A stretch of 63,955 nucleotides of DNA, the filler included, from Nanobdellota archaeon (GTDB lineage Archaea > Nanobdellota > Nanobdellia > B33-G15): assembly GCA_003660925.1 (NCBI GenBank). It is 4 parts of 4 records of this genome, joined end to end, with 100 filler letters (N's around TTAATTAATTAA, not from the genome) between each part and the next. Parts side by side here need not be neighbours in the genome. Positions count along the whole stretch, not along the records: positions 20,875 to 40,766 come from QMVD01000007.1; 3 more parts are not named here. One strand, written 5' to 3'. Of this stretch, positions 26,258-35,914 are shown one piece after another (position 1 is the stretch's first letter; every line of letters begins with the position of its first letter). Below the pieces are notes generated by a model that had not been told where the DNA came from, made no database searches, and saw only the letters and a list, made by a program, of their open reading frames with translations. The translations under genes were made by a program, and so were the position numbers.

Positions 26258-27605
26258 ACCTCACACTCGGGAAGTTCCTTCTCTGCATTTTAGCCCTCAA
26301 GCTAAAGCCCTTCAAACATTCTGGTAGTAAGGGGAGGTCCCAAAACGAAATCACGCGGTCGAAAGAAAGGCAATACTTCTCTATCGATGATCCTAAGTTG
26401 AGTTCCTCCTTTAACGTGTACAGTTTCCAAATGTCTGGGGAGGAATCCAAGCCTGCGAAGAGCAGGAAGCCAGAACACTCGGACATGATGCTCCCATTAA
26501 ATGCGTCCACCATTTCCATTATCCCCTCGTCCACTTTCAAGTTCTCGTAGAAAGAATTAAGGTATTTAATATTGTTCCAAGGCCAGTCTAGAACCCCTCC
26601 TCCGGGGGAGAGGATGAGCTGTATCAGGAGGAGCACGTATATCAAGGAATTCCTCTTCTTCAAGATTGGGGAGTTGGTGGCAGCCAGGATGAGGGCATAG
26701 GTTGGTTCTAAAAAGTAGTTCGAAGCAGAGCCGGGATTGAAGAGCAACCAAAGCATGACGAGGAAAGATGTGACACCATATAAGCTAAAGATATCCCTCG
26801 GGGAGAAAACAGCGTCGGAAAAGAGTAAGAGTAAGGGAAGGATGGCAAAGATGTATCCATAGAATAAATAGTGCCTAAAAGAGTGCTGATAGGAACCCGC
26901 GTAGAGGAAAGTATTTTCTAAAAATTCTGGCCCGAAATACAACAAGCAGGGGAGGAAAAGAGAGAGGAAAACGATGGACATGGAAAGTAACTGAAGGAAG
27001 AATTGCCTGTACTTCTTGTTCAACAGAAAGTAAAGGAATATGGAAACCGGAGCGGAAACGTAGTTTTGCTTAGCGAGGAGCGAAAACACAAGGGCGAGGG
27101 AGGCCAACCACCTTCTCCTCCTTCGAAAGAGATAAATCCCAAGGATGGAAAGGAACAATCCTAACATGTCAGGCCTCGGCAAGGTGGACCAGAAGAAGGT
27201 ATAATAGAAGGAAAAAAAGGAGAAGGTCAACGTTAAGGCCAAGGAAGGGTCCCTAACCCTCTCCTTAAGCATGAAGTAAAGCAAGAGCCCGGTCCCAAGT
27301 GAGGAGAGGAAGGAGATGAGCTTCCCAGGGAGGAAGGAGGGGCCTGTAAGGTGCAGTAAAGGCGCACAGAGCAGGTAGTAAAGTGGGGGGTAAACATTGG
27401 GTTTAAGAGAAGTCCTGACATCAGTGTATATGGGCTTCCCTTGGAGGAAGTCCAAGGAGAAGCCCAAAACGAAGCCATCAGCGCTCGTTATGTCGTATGG
27501 ATATATGAGCCTCAAGTAGGAGTGGCATAAAAAACAGAGAAAAAAAATGAAGGAAAAGGCCAACGACGTCCACCTGAGGGTCAACTCAATATCACGTTTT
27601 CCCAT
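26211..27605 (-). CDS. GT-C (ArnT/PMT-like) multi-TM glycosyltransferase
   Basis: YPPLYY loop, RPDMLG, AKQNY, NYFLE motifs and many TMs. Confidence 0.78.
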   Translation of the reverse strand: MGKRDIELTLRWTSLAFSFIFFLCFLCHSYLRLIYPYDITSADGFVLGFSLDFLQGKPIYTDVRTSLKPNVYPPLYYLLCAPLLHLTGPSFLPGKLISFLSSLGTGLLLYFMLKERVRDPSLALTLTFSFFSFYYTFFWSTLPRPDMLGLFLSILGIYLFRRRRRWLASLALVFSLLAKQNYVSAPVSIFLYFLLNKKYRQFFLQLLSMSIVFLSLFLPCLLYFGPEFLENTFLYAGSYQHSFRHYLFYGYIFAILPLLLLFSDAVFSPRDIFSLYGVTSFLVMLWLLFNPGSASNYFLEPTYALILAATNSPILKKRNSLIYVLLLIQLILSPGGGVLDWPWNNIKYLNSFYENLKVDEGIMEMVDAFNGSIMSECSGFLLFAGLDSSPDIWKLYTLKEELNLGSSIEKYCLSFDRVISFWDLPLLPECLKGFSLRAKMQRRNFPSVRYGEDEYFFVEIYEKG

Positions 27606-30211
27606 AAGGTCGCCTCCGCATCACAACTCCCGTGGATACCCGACTGCAACCTCAGTCTGTGTTTTCCCTTCGGGACTGATGCGTTCCATTCCACACAGCT
27701 CTCCGATGGGATGTAAATTTCATATTTTCCCGAGTCGATGTAGACATAACCCTTCGTGCCGTCCCCACCGGCGAAGTCGGCACATGCTAGGAGATGCAAG
27801 GTCTTATTAGAAGTCAGGTAAACCATCACTTCAGCCCAGCTGTTTTGATCGCATTCACATGGATCCGTGATGAGCCCCCTTTCGTCCACGACAGCCACAC
27901 AGCTTTCCTCTCCGAGGAGCTCCCAATTCTTCGGCCTCACCTCAGATGTCGAGGACCAGAGCACCCATCCAAAACCAGGAGAATCTTTGGGTACCTCATA
28001 CTGCCAGTCTAGTCGCACGGAAAGATTGAGGACGTTCAGGTAGGAAATCATCAAGAGCGAGAGGAACAAAAAGGACAATAACTTATGTCTGTTGTGCTGA
28101 AGGAAGTGGAAGGAGAAGAATGAGAGGACACAAATAGCTGGGAAATAAAGTCTCACATATCTCGGAGTAGAGCCCCCGTGCCAACCGCAGGGGAGAATGG
28201 AGATGAGCATGTTTATGAGGAAAGTGAGGACGAGGAAGTTGAACCACCTCCTCTTCCTCAGGAAGAGAGCCCAGATTGAAAATATGAGGAAAGGAGAGTT
28301 ATAAACGAAACCTTTCTCAGAAAATAAAGCGCCGAATGGACCATAGGAATTGAGGAAGATCCCACCCCTATTCTCATAGATGGAAGCGTACGTCTTATTA
28401 ATGGAGTCCATGTATTCTATGCTGAGACCTGTAAGATTTTTGAACGATGCATAGGGAACGTACTTCCACTTCGTCTCAAAATCTCCTTTAATGAAATAGG
28501 TCTGAATGAAAGGGAAGTCTACAGGGTAAGTTAACCATCTGACGACTAATGAGAGGAGGAGGACGAGGGTTATTATCTTTAAAGTCTTCCCGTCAAACCT
28601 CAAGAAGAGTAGAGGGAGAAAAACCCTCACCAGGTAAAGAGGGCTAGCCAAGCAGAGGAAGAAGAGAGGCAGGGCATACAACACGTTACCAAGCACGTAG
28701 AGAAGATACGTGGAGATCATCAACAAGAACTCGAGGATTTGGGAGAAGAAAAACCTCGTGTAGATCACGAAACCAGTAGCAAATCCAAAGGACAGAGAGG
28801 AAAAGAAAGCGAACTTCTCCTTCATACCCAGCTTTCTTTGGAGCAAGTAAAAAAAGCAGAGGGAAAGGGAGAAGAAGAAGTAATTCGATAACAACAGCGA
28901 TTTGTAAGCGAGCACATCATCGTTCAAGGAGAAGCCAAGGGAGGCGAATGGTAACTCAAATATGAAATAGTAGAGCCTCTCGAGGGGGTAGTACTTACCA
29001 TCCTTCTTCCCCACATCCGCGCTTTCGTTCAAACGTAAGGCTGCAGAAAAGTTCTCATCCAAATAGAAGGTGTGGTTGAAGTACAGGTTCTTCAATTGAT
29101 AGAAGGCTAACTCACTCCTTTCTTCTGGGAAGATGAACCCGTCCAGTAAGAGAGGATTCACGAAATCGGTCTCGTGATACTTGGTTGGGAGAAAGAAAAG
29201 TGTTGACATAGAAAGAAAGAAGAGTAAGATGAGGTAGTGTCGATCTTTCATTAGAGATAAGATTTTCGTGAAGTTTATTAACTTTAAGTGAACAACCTCG
29301 AAACATCCAGCCATGATGCCGAGGAAAGCGAAGAAACTCCTAAGAGAAGAAAGGGCGTAATCAGTAAGGAAAAACTTGAGATTAGAGAGGAAAAATTTGG
29401 CATTCGTCAGGAAGAGTGATGGGAAAAAAAGTATTGCGGGCAAAGGGTCGTGGAAGAACATAGAAAGTAGCAGGAGGAAGGGGAGGAGAGCTTGAGAGAG
29501 GAAACCAAAGCCCCTGTAAGAGTCTCCAAGACCTCTCCTTGGGTGTTTGAGGTAAAGAAAAAGATGATACTTCCCGTTCAAATATTGTTTTTTCAAGAAT
29601 TCCTTCAGCGAATAATCGTGTTCGTCCCAGAGCTTTATTTGAGGGTCTAGCAACAACTTATAACCCCTCTGGACGAGCCTGTAGCATAAATCGCTGTCCT
29701 CTCCTCTCGCCTTGAATCTCTCATCAAATCCTCCTACCTCTTCGAGGGCTATCTTGTAAAAAGCAGAGTTATTCGTAGAAAGGACATTGACATATTTCCT
29801 CTTTTCACCGAGCCTGAAACTCCTGTCCCTGTGGACGAATCCCGAGATGAGTCCCTCCTTTCCCCTCTTAAACGAGCCCCCCGCCCCGACGGAATCGCTC
29901 TTTTTCAAGCTCCTAAGCAATTCCTTCAGCCAGTTTCTATCCGCAGTATAACCTACGTCCACGAATACGACGATTCTTCCCTTTGCCTTTCGGATCCCAA
30001 AATTTCTAGCTTTAGCTATCCCCTCTTCTTTTAAGTGGTAAAGCCTTAATCTTTCGTCTTTGATGCTCCTCAGTTTATGCCTCGTGCCATCATCTGAGGA
30101 GTCGACGACGATAACTTCAAAATCCTGGAAATCTTGATTTAGGATCGACTTGACTGTCTTCACTACTTTCTCGCCTTCATTCTTTGAGAGAATTATCACG
30201 CTCACTTCCAT
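27581..30211 (-). CDS. GT2 glycosyltransferase fused to a GT-C-like membrane domain and a Cys-containing C-terminal domain
   Basis: N-terminal VSVII, VVDSSDDGT, ARNFG, GGFDE, GEDSDL (GT2), then about 550 aa of multi-TM region ending GGSTPRY. One uninterrupted ORF. Confidence 0.82.
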   Translation of the reverse strand: MEVSVIILSKNEGEKVVKTVKSILNQDFQDFEVIVVDSSDDGTRHKLRSIKDERLRLYHLKEEGIAKARNFGIRKAKGRIVVFVDVGYTADRNWLKELLRSLKKSDSVGAGGSFKRGKEGLISGFVHRDRSFRLGEKRKYVNVLSTNNSAFYKIALEEVGGFDERFKARGEDSDLCYRLVQRGYKLLLDPQIKLWDEHDYSLKEFLKKQYLNGKYHLFLYLKHPRRGLGDSYRGFGFLSQALLPFLLLLSMFFHDPLPAILFFPSLFLTNAKFFLSNLKFFLTDYALSSLRSFFAFLGIMAGCFEVVHLKLINFTKILSLMKDRHYLILLFFLSMSTLFFLPTKYHETDFVNPLLLDGFIFPEERSELAFYQLKNLYFNHTFYLDENFSAALRLNESADVGKKDGKYYPLERLYYFIFELPFASLGFSLNDDVLAYKSLLLSNYFFFSLSLCFFYLLQRKLGMKEKFAFFSSLSFGFATGFVIYTRFFFSQILEFLLMISTYLLYVLGNVLYALPLFFLCLASPLYLVRVFLPLLFLRFDGKTLKIITLVLLLSLVVRWLTYPVDFPFIQTYFIKGDFETKWKYVPYASFKNLTGLSIEYMDSINKTYASIYENRGGIFLNSYGPFGALFSEKGFVYNSPFLIFSIWALFLRKRRWFNFLVLTFLINMLISILPCGWHGGSTPRYVRLYFPAICVLSFFSFHFLQHNRHKLLSFLFLSLLMISYLNVLNLSVRLDWQYEVPKDSPGFGWVLWSSTSEVRPKNWELLGEESCVAVVDERGLITDPCECDQNSWAEVMVYLTSNKTLHLLACADFAGGDGTKGYVYIDSGKYEIYIPSESCVEWNASVPKGKHRLRLQSGIHGSCDAEATLWENVILS

Positions 30212-32106
30212 AGGGCGAGCACCCCCAAGAAAAACAAGGAAGCCCCTGTGATGAGCTCCACGGCGGTTAGGAACATCCCTTTTTGATAGACTAATTCTAG
30301 CTCGTGTTCTCCGGCCTCCACGTTCACCGCCATGAAATGGAATTCTGGTTCTCTTCTAAGATAAACTTCCTCTCCATCCAGAAAAGCGTGCCACCTGGGA
30401 GAATATCTGAAGGATATCACTACTTCGCCTGCCCTAGAAGTGTTCAATAACCACTTCATCCTGTGGTCTGAAAGTTCTATTAGTTCTGCCTTTGCTCCTT
30501 GGATAAAACTTCTAGGAGCATCTGAAAATTCGTATAAGGAGAGGCCGTCTGGGAAGGATAAGATCTGTCTGAAAGAAGAACTGTTCGAAAGGGCTTCTCT
30601 CCACTCGTCAGAATAAATAACCACATAGCGGATGTTATGAGAAGTGAATATCTTTTCCAAGTTCTCGAAGAAATCTTCTTCAAAAATGTGCCAATAGGAA
30701 ACAGACGGCATTCCCGTCTCTATAGGGGTTATGAATAACATACCTCCACCATAATCTTCTCCCAAACTTGCCTCCCAAAACACTCTAGATCGGTTGTCTC
30801 TATGTTGAACCAACCACTCGATGATCTTTTGAACACTGTACTTGGGTTTATATCTAAAAATGCCGGTGGTGAGGTCCAAGCCCTGCCAGGAGTAGAAAGT
30901 GTCACCAAACCTCTCCACAAAGATGAAGTCTGTTGTATCCGCCCAGAACCTGAGAATGAAGAGTAATGGAAGGGAAAGGGAATAGAGAAGGACGAACAGC
31001 ACAAAACTTCTCACTTTTTTGTTGGAAAGAGACTTAGAGATGAAAAGAGAAGAGGGGAGGATGAGAAAGGTCCTGACACAAAAGAAGAATCTTCCCCTTC
31101 CCACAGCATTTAGGGGGAAAAACACATCAAGTTGTTGAACTAAGCATATTGCTACTGCAAGTTCTGATATTAGGATGGAGGCCTGAACTATCTTCTTAAT
31201 CGGTCGCTTCTTCACGTAGAAGGGGGAAAGGAAACCAAAAAGTAAGATGGGGATGGAATCAAAGAATATGTCTCTCAAAAAGGCCACCTCAAGTGTCAAC
31301 AATGGTTTCTGAAGCTTGTTCAAAAGTGAAAGAAGAAAAGGAGAACATCGAGAGTCTAACATAAAGTGAATAACGCTTGGTAGGTAAATGGCACTTGGCA
31401 ATAGGGAAAGGAGGAGCCATCTTCGCTGAGAGGCTCGTAATAAAAGAGCGTTGAGTATAATGGTGGAAATAAACACCGTCAAGTGGCTCAGCAATGTTAA
31501 AGCACACAAGAGGGCCATCTTAGCATGTTCTCCTTTGAGAGCGTAAAGGACGGAGAGTAAAGAGAATCCTAGGGCGAGGTAAGGGCCAGTATCTCCGTGA
31601 AAGAAGTATATGTGATTGAATGCGAGAAAGAGGAGCGAGGGAAGAAAAGTGTGTTTTATTTTCAGGTACCTCGCAAGCACATAAAGGGAGATTGAGGGAA
31701 ACAAAAAGCAAAGGAAGTGTACTATCCTAAAGGAAAACTCAATTCCAAAAAAAGGCCTCAAGAAGTGAGGAAGCAAGAGAAGAAGAGGGGGGTAGAAGGA
31801 TTCCACCACTTCTTCATAGCCCGCATTGAAATCTTGGTTGTAATAACCCTTAGTTAACGCCAAAGACTTGTGAAGAAAGTAGGCGAAATCTGTTACAAGA
31901 GGGATCTTATCCGAGAACATCCCAGAATTCAAAAAGGTGAGGAAAAGAAAAACCATTATAAGTATGGCTATGTCCTCGTCATTTGCCTTTACAAATCCTT
32001 TTCTTTCCAAAATTACTAGAAAAGTGGAAAGGAGTAGTAGAATGATGTTAAATGGCCTAGAGAGTAAAACTGTGAGGAAGAGTGTAGTGAGGATCAGAAG
32101 CATCAT
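30202..32106 (-). CDS. YfhO-like GT-C membrane protein
   Basis: FYPPL loop, many TMs, C-terminal YSPRWHAFLDG...AGEHELELVY + TM typical of the YfhO C-terminus. Start placed at the ATGA overlap (32106). Confidence 0.75.
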   Translation of the reverse strand: MMLLILTTLFLTVLLSRPFNIILLLLSTFLVILERKGFVKANDEDIAILIMVFLFLTFLNSGMFSDKIPLVTDFAYFLHKSLALTKGYYNQDFNAGYEEVVESFYPPLLLLLPHFLRPFFGIEFSFRIVHFLCFLFPSISLYVLARYLKIKHTFLPSLLFLAFNHIYFFHGDTGPYLALGFSLLSVLYALKGEHAKMALLCALTLLSHLTVFISTIILNALLLRASQRRWLLLSLLPSAIYLPSVIHFMLDSRCSPFLLSLLNKLQKPLLTLEVAFLRDIFFDSIPILLFGFLSPFYVKKRPIKKIVQASILISELAVAICLVQQLDVFFPLNAVGRGRFFFCVRTFLILPSSLFISKSLSNKKVRSFVLFVLLYSLSLPLLFILRFWADTTDFIFVERFGDTFYSWQGLDLTTGIFRYKPKYSVQKIIEWLVQHRDNRSRVFWEASLGEDYGGGMLFITPIETGMPSVSYWHIFEEDFFENLEKIFTSHNIRYVVIYSDEWREALSNSSSFRQILSFPDGLSLYEFSDAPRSFIQGAKAELIELSDHRMKWLLNTSRAGEVVISFRYSPRWHAFLDGEEVYLRREPEFHFMAVNVEAGEHELELVYQKGMFLTAVELITGASLFFLGVLALWK

Positions 32107-32657
32107 AATCTGACGACCTCCCTTAAGTATACGTGTCCTTTCCCTTTGCAATTTGATTCAAAGACGAAGCCTTCTGCTCTTGAAGAGTAGAAAAAAGAAG
32201 AGCATGTTTTGGGCTCGATGAGGAAATCTGACACCTCTTCACCATCCTCGAGAATAGAACGGATGGTGAGAGATATGTATTCCTCACCATCATTACACGC
32301 TTTCAGCCAGAATCTACCTTCGACCTTCATCGTGACATTAACCTCACAGAGATTCACGCCTTTTGGGGTAGCACCAAGTAGATTGGTAAATCGCTGTCCG
32401 TATATGTAAGTAAACGGAAGGGAAATTAGTAAGATAAGGATAAAGGCATTCTTTTTTCCTAAAAAGAGCGGAAGGATGGAAAGGGTAAATAGGAGTTGAA
32501 TCTCCCAAAGAGGCATGTAGTGGTAAATAAGTTTGTCAAGAGAGGTCAAAACAGCCAAAGGGTCAACCGGGTTGCCGTCAAAGGGAAAGGCGCTTTGGGA
32601 GAAAAGGACATAGTAAAGAGCAAAGTAAGTAAATATTGAGGCTATTATCCTCCACAT
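32103..32657 (-). CDS. Hypothetical membrane protein with Cys-containing C-terminal domain
   Basis: Three hydrophobic segments, then a beta-rich region with 4 Cys. First gene of the minus-strand operon. Confidence 0.65.
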   Translation of the reverse strand: MWRIIASIFTYFALYYVLFSQSAFPFDGNPVDPLAVLTSLDKLIYHYMPLWEIQLLFTLSILPLFLGKKNAFILILLISLPFTYIYGQRFTNLLGATPKGVNLCEVNVTMKVEGRFWLKACNDGEEYISLTIRSILEDGEEVSDFLIEPKTCSSFFYSSRAEGFVFESNCKGKGHVYLREVVRL

Positions 32658-32715
32658 ACTAACAGCTCCTCATTCTTTCATTAAATTATTTAAGGTTCGT
32701 GAGGGGAAGGACCTT

Positions 32716-34131
32716 ATGAAGGTCTTTTGCATTAACCCTCCGTCGAGGAATCCGAGGTATGTAAGAGAAGGTAGGTGCATGCAAAGAGAAGCCTCTTGGA
32801 GTAACTTGTGGATGCCCCTAACCCTCGCTTACTTAACGTCCATCCTTAGGAGGGAAGGACATGAGGTCGTCCTAAAGGACGCTACAGCAGAAGGAATGAG
32901 CTTCAAAGAACTGAGGAAGGAAGTAGAAGAATTCAAGCCTGAAGTGACGATAATCAACACAGCTGTCCCTACAGCCCTGAAAGAGGACTTAAGGACAGCC
33001 GAGCTCGTAAAGGAAGTGGACGAAGAGATAAAAACGCTCATGATAGGCATACCATGTGCTCTGCCACTCCTGAGTGAGCAGTTAATAGAGGAAACTGCAG
33101 TGGATTTCTGCGTCTACGGCGAGCCGGAAGTAGTCGTGCCTAAATTGTTGAGAAAGCTCGGAAAACCTTGGAAGGTCCCTGGTCTCCTGCTAAAAGGGGG
33201 TAGGAGGACGAAGAGACCTTATCTTTTTAACTTGAATGATTTACCCTTTCCAGCATTTCAAGATCTGCCTTTGGAGGCATATAGGCTCCCTTTCTGCAGA
33301 GAGAAAGTAGCCATGGTCGAGACGAGTAGAGGTTGTCCCCACGACTGCGTGTTCTGCGTGACGAGGATTTACTACGGAGACAAAGTGAGGTTGAGGGACC
33401 CTGAAAAGATATGGAGAGAGATGGTATGGACCTATGAGAACTTCGGGATTTCACAATTCTTCTTCTGGGCGGATAGTTTCACGCTGAACAGGAGGCACGT
33501 CATGGAATTATGTGAGATCATAAAGAGGAATAAGGGCAAGATAAAAGATTTGGGGTGGATAGCTAACTCGAGGGTAGACAGCGTGGATGAGAAGACGATA
33601 AGAGCAATGAAGGAAGCTGGGTGCTGGTTGCTTGGCTTTGGAGTGGAATCATTGGTTCAACCCGTATTGAACAAGTCAAGGAAAGGGATAAGAATCGAAC
33701 AGGTCAGGAAGGCCGTGGAGATGTGCAGGAAATACGGAATTCAGAGCGTTGCCCACATCATTTTCGGCCTGCCAGGAGAAAGTGAGGAAACGATAAAAGA
33801 GACCATCAGGAAGCTTAAGGAGATAGACCCTGACTACGCGAATTTTTACATCCTCGTCCCCTACCCCGGGACAGAAGTATTTAATGACTACCTTAGTAAG
33901 GGATACATCTCCAGCCAGGATTGGAGCAAGTATGAGGCTTTGAATGCTAATATTTCCCTGCCGGGCCTTCCTCCTGAGAAATTAGAGGAACTAAGAAAGA
34001 AGGCATTCCTTTCTTTCTATCTTTCTCCGAGAAAACTATTGAAGAATTTTTGGAGGAGGCGAAGGCCTAAGAGGTTGGTGTATTTCCTACTAGACGGCTT
34101 CAAATTCCTCAAAGGATGGGTCCTGACTTAA
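32716..34131 (+). CDS. B12-binding-domain radical SAM protein
   Basis: INPP, MPLTLAYL, GEPE, TSRGCPHDCVFC, ADSFT, GVES, GLPGES, PYPGT. Confidence 0.93.
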   Translation: MKVFCINPPSRNPRYVREGRCMQREASWSNLWMPLTLAYLTSILRREGHEVVLKDATAEGMSFKELRKEVEEFKPEVTIINTAVPTALKEDLRTAELVKEVDEEIKTLMIGIPCALPLLSEQLIEETAVDFCVYGEPEVVVPKLLRKLGKPWKVPGLLLKGGRRTKRPYLFNLNDLPFPAFQDLPLEAYRLPFCREKVAMVETSRGCPHDCVFCVTRIYYGDKVRLRDPEKIWREMVWTYENFGISQFFFWADSFTLNRRHVMELCEIIKRNKGKIKDLGWIANSRVDSVDEKTIRAMKEAGCWLLGFGVESLVQPVLNKSRKGIRIEQVRKAVEMCRKYGIQSVAHIIFGLPGESEETIKETIRKLKEIDPDYANFYILVPYPGTEVFNDYLSKGYISSQDWSKYEALNANISLPGLPPEKLEELRKKAFLSFYLSPRKLLKNFWRRRRPKRLVYFLLDGFKFLKGWVLT

Positions 34132-35053
34132 GCGACTTCAATAAAAGCTCTAATATGAATTTAAGATCCAAAGAGAATAAGAGGTTATAGGTATTGTAAC
34201 ATAGACCAACGCAACTACATCCCTTTGGGTTTTGGAGCTCCTCATACCTCTCATAATGTTCGATCTTGAGGTCTTCCCTAAAGAGACACGGAGAGACGCT
34301 TCCGTCCGGGAAGATGAACAAGAAATTCCTTCCAGCGAAACACTTTCCTTTAATTTTCAACCTCTCAAAGAATCTCCTTGTGGTCTTCACAAACCTTCTA
34401 TATTTCCCGAAGATCAAGGGCAACACTCTCCGATAGCTCTCATCTTCCTCAACATTATATCCTGTGTACATAGGTAAGAAATTCACCCTTGCCCCAAACT
34501 CCTTCGCAAGTTCTAATACATGGGTGACCTCTTCTTCCTTGGAGTTCCACCTGGAAAGCACGAAATCCACGTCAAACCTCATCCCTTTTTCCTTCAACAT
34601 TCTCATCCCCTCAACTATCTTTTCGTAGGTCCCTTTTCCCCTGAGAAAGTCGTTCACTTTCCTCCTTCCATCCAAGGAGAGGATTAAAGTATCCAATCTC
34701 ATTAACTTATCCATGTTTTCCCCTAGTAAAGTTCCGTTAGTCACTAAAGTCGTGTGAAACCCCAGCCCTTTGGCATAATCTATGAGCTCGCCGATGTCTT
34801 CCCTAAGCAAGGGTTCCCCTCCAGTGAAGTTCCACACGACTGTGCCCTTCGACCTAAAAAATCTCATCATCTCCTTGATCTCTTCGGTCCCCATCTCCTT
34901 TGCTTCCCTCTTCCAAAGTTCGCAATACTTACATCTCAAGTTACACCTAAAAGTGGGAGCATGCCAGACCGAGAAGGGGAAGTCCTTTTTGAGGATAAGA
35001 GCAGAAGTCATGCTTTTCAAAAAAGCACTTATTTTCATGAACCTCACATGCAT
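34109..35053 (-). CDS. Radical SAM protein with SPASM/twitch-type C-terminus
   Basis: CNLRCKYC, TGGEPLL, TNG, SLDG, CFAG...PDGSVSPC...CSCVGLC. Exact start uncertain. Confidence 0.9.
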   Translation of the reverse strand: MHVRFMKISAFLKSMTSALILKKDFPFSVWHAPTFRCNLRCKYCELWKREAKEMGTEEIKEMMRFFRSKGTVVWNFTGGEPLLREDIGELIDYAKGLGFHTTLVTNGTLLGENMDKLMRLDTLILSLDGRRKVNDFLRGKGTYEKIVEGMRMLKEKGMRFDVDFVLSRWNSKEEEVTHVLELAKEFGARVNFLPMYTGYNVEEDESYRRVLPLIFGKYRRFVKTTRRFFERLKIKGKCFAGRNFLFIFPDGSVSPCLFREDLKIEHYERYEELQNPKGCSCVGLCYNTYNLLFSLDLKFILELLLKSLKSGPIL

Positions 35054-35862
35054 AACTCAAGCCAAAAACGTCTCGCACCATACTTCAGAAAGTATTGATT
35101 CGCAGGTATTTCGCTTTCAAATATCCTCCCCTCAACTACATAACCCTCTAATGGAAACGTTGTTGTTCTGTTCTCAAAGAAGGAAAAGAGCGTCACCTTC
35201 TGAATATCCCTTGGTAGCTCCACCCTAACCTTGAACTGTGAACACACAGGAACGCCAATCTCCACGCAAGATGGTGTCAAGTTCTCGTACAAAAGTGTAA
35301 AATTGGTCGAGAGTCTCAACTTCCTTAGATTTCTAAAGTCCTCCGATCGCTTCCACATGGCAAGAAGTTCGTCTAACCCCGGATTCAAAGATGTCTCTAG
35401 TGATCCCAACCTTAGAGTTTGGTTGTTGATCCAGATGAAGAACTCTTTTCTAGAGATTGTCTTGATTTCCTCCATAGTTGTATTCATCTCTATTTGTAAG
35501 AGAGTTCTAACGATATCGGAAGTGCTTTCAAATTCTCCAGGACACAAACCGAGCGAACTACTACACCTAATATTTGGCTCTATGAAGAGAGAAAGGGCAT
35601 AAACTCTAGCGGCAGAGTCTTCAGCTAATGAGTCAGAACTCACAAACACTCGATCGTCTTCAAGAGAAACGTTCACCTCGTTCCTTATGTAAAGAACACC
35701 ATTAATGCACCCGCTTATGGTCTCTACCAAGCTTTCATTCATTAATTCGTCAAAAAAAGAGGGTCGCTCCTGGACCTTTGGGAGCCAGCCAAGTCTGTTC
35801 ATGAAGTTGACTAAAAGAAGTAATTCTACAAAAACTGTGGAGAGAAGGAGGAGTCTTCGCAT
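35044..35862 (-). CDS. Hypothetical N-terminally anchored protein
   Basis: Hydrophobic N-terminus, several Cys and N-x-S/T sequons. No recognised family. Confidence 0.6.
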   Translation of the reverse strand: MRRLLLLSTVFVELLLLVNFMNRLGWLPKVQERPSFFDELMNESLVETISGCINGVLYIRNEVNVSLEDDRVFVSSDSLAEDSAARVYALSLFIEPNIRCSSSLGLCPGEFESTSDIVRTLLQIEMNTTMEEIKTISRKEFFIWINNQTLRLGSLETSLNPGLDELLAMWKRSEDFRNLRKLRLSTNFTLLYENLTPSCVEIGVPVCSQFKVRVELPRDIQKVTLFSFFENRTTTFPLEGYVVEGRIFESEIPANQYFLKYGARRFWLELCM

Positions 35863-35914
35863 GAAAAAAATAAGAGTTGATTATTTAAAATATTATTGTG
35901 ATATGTTCTCCTAA

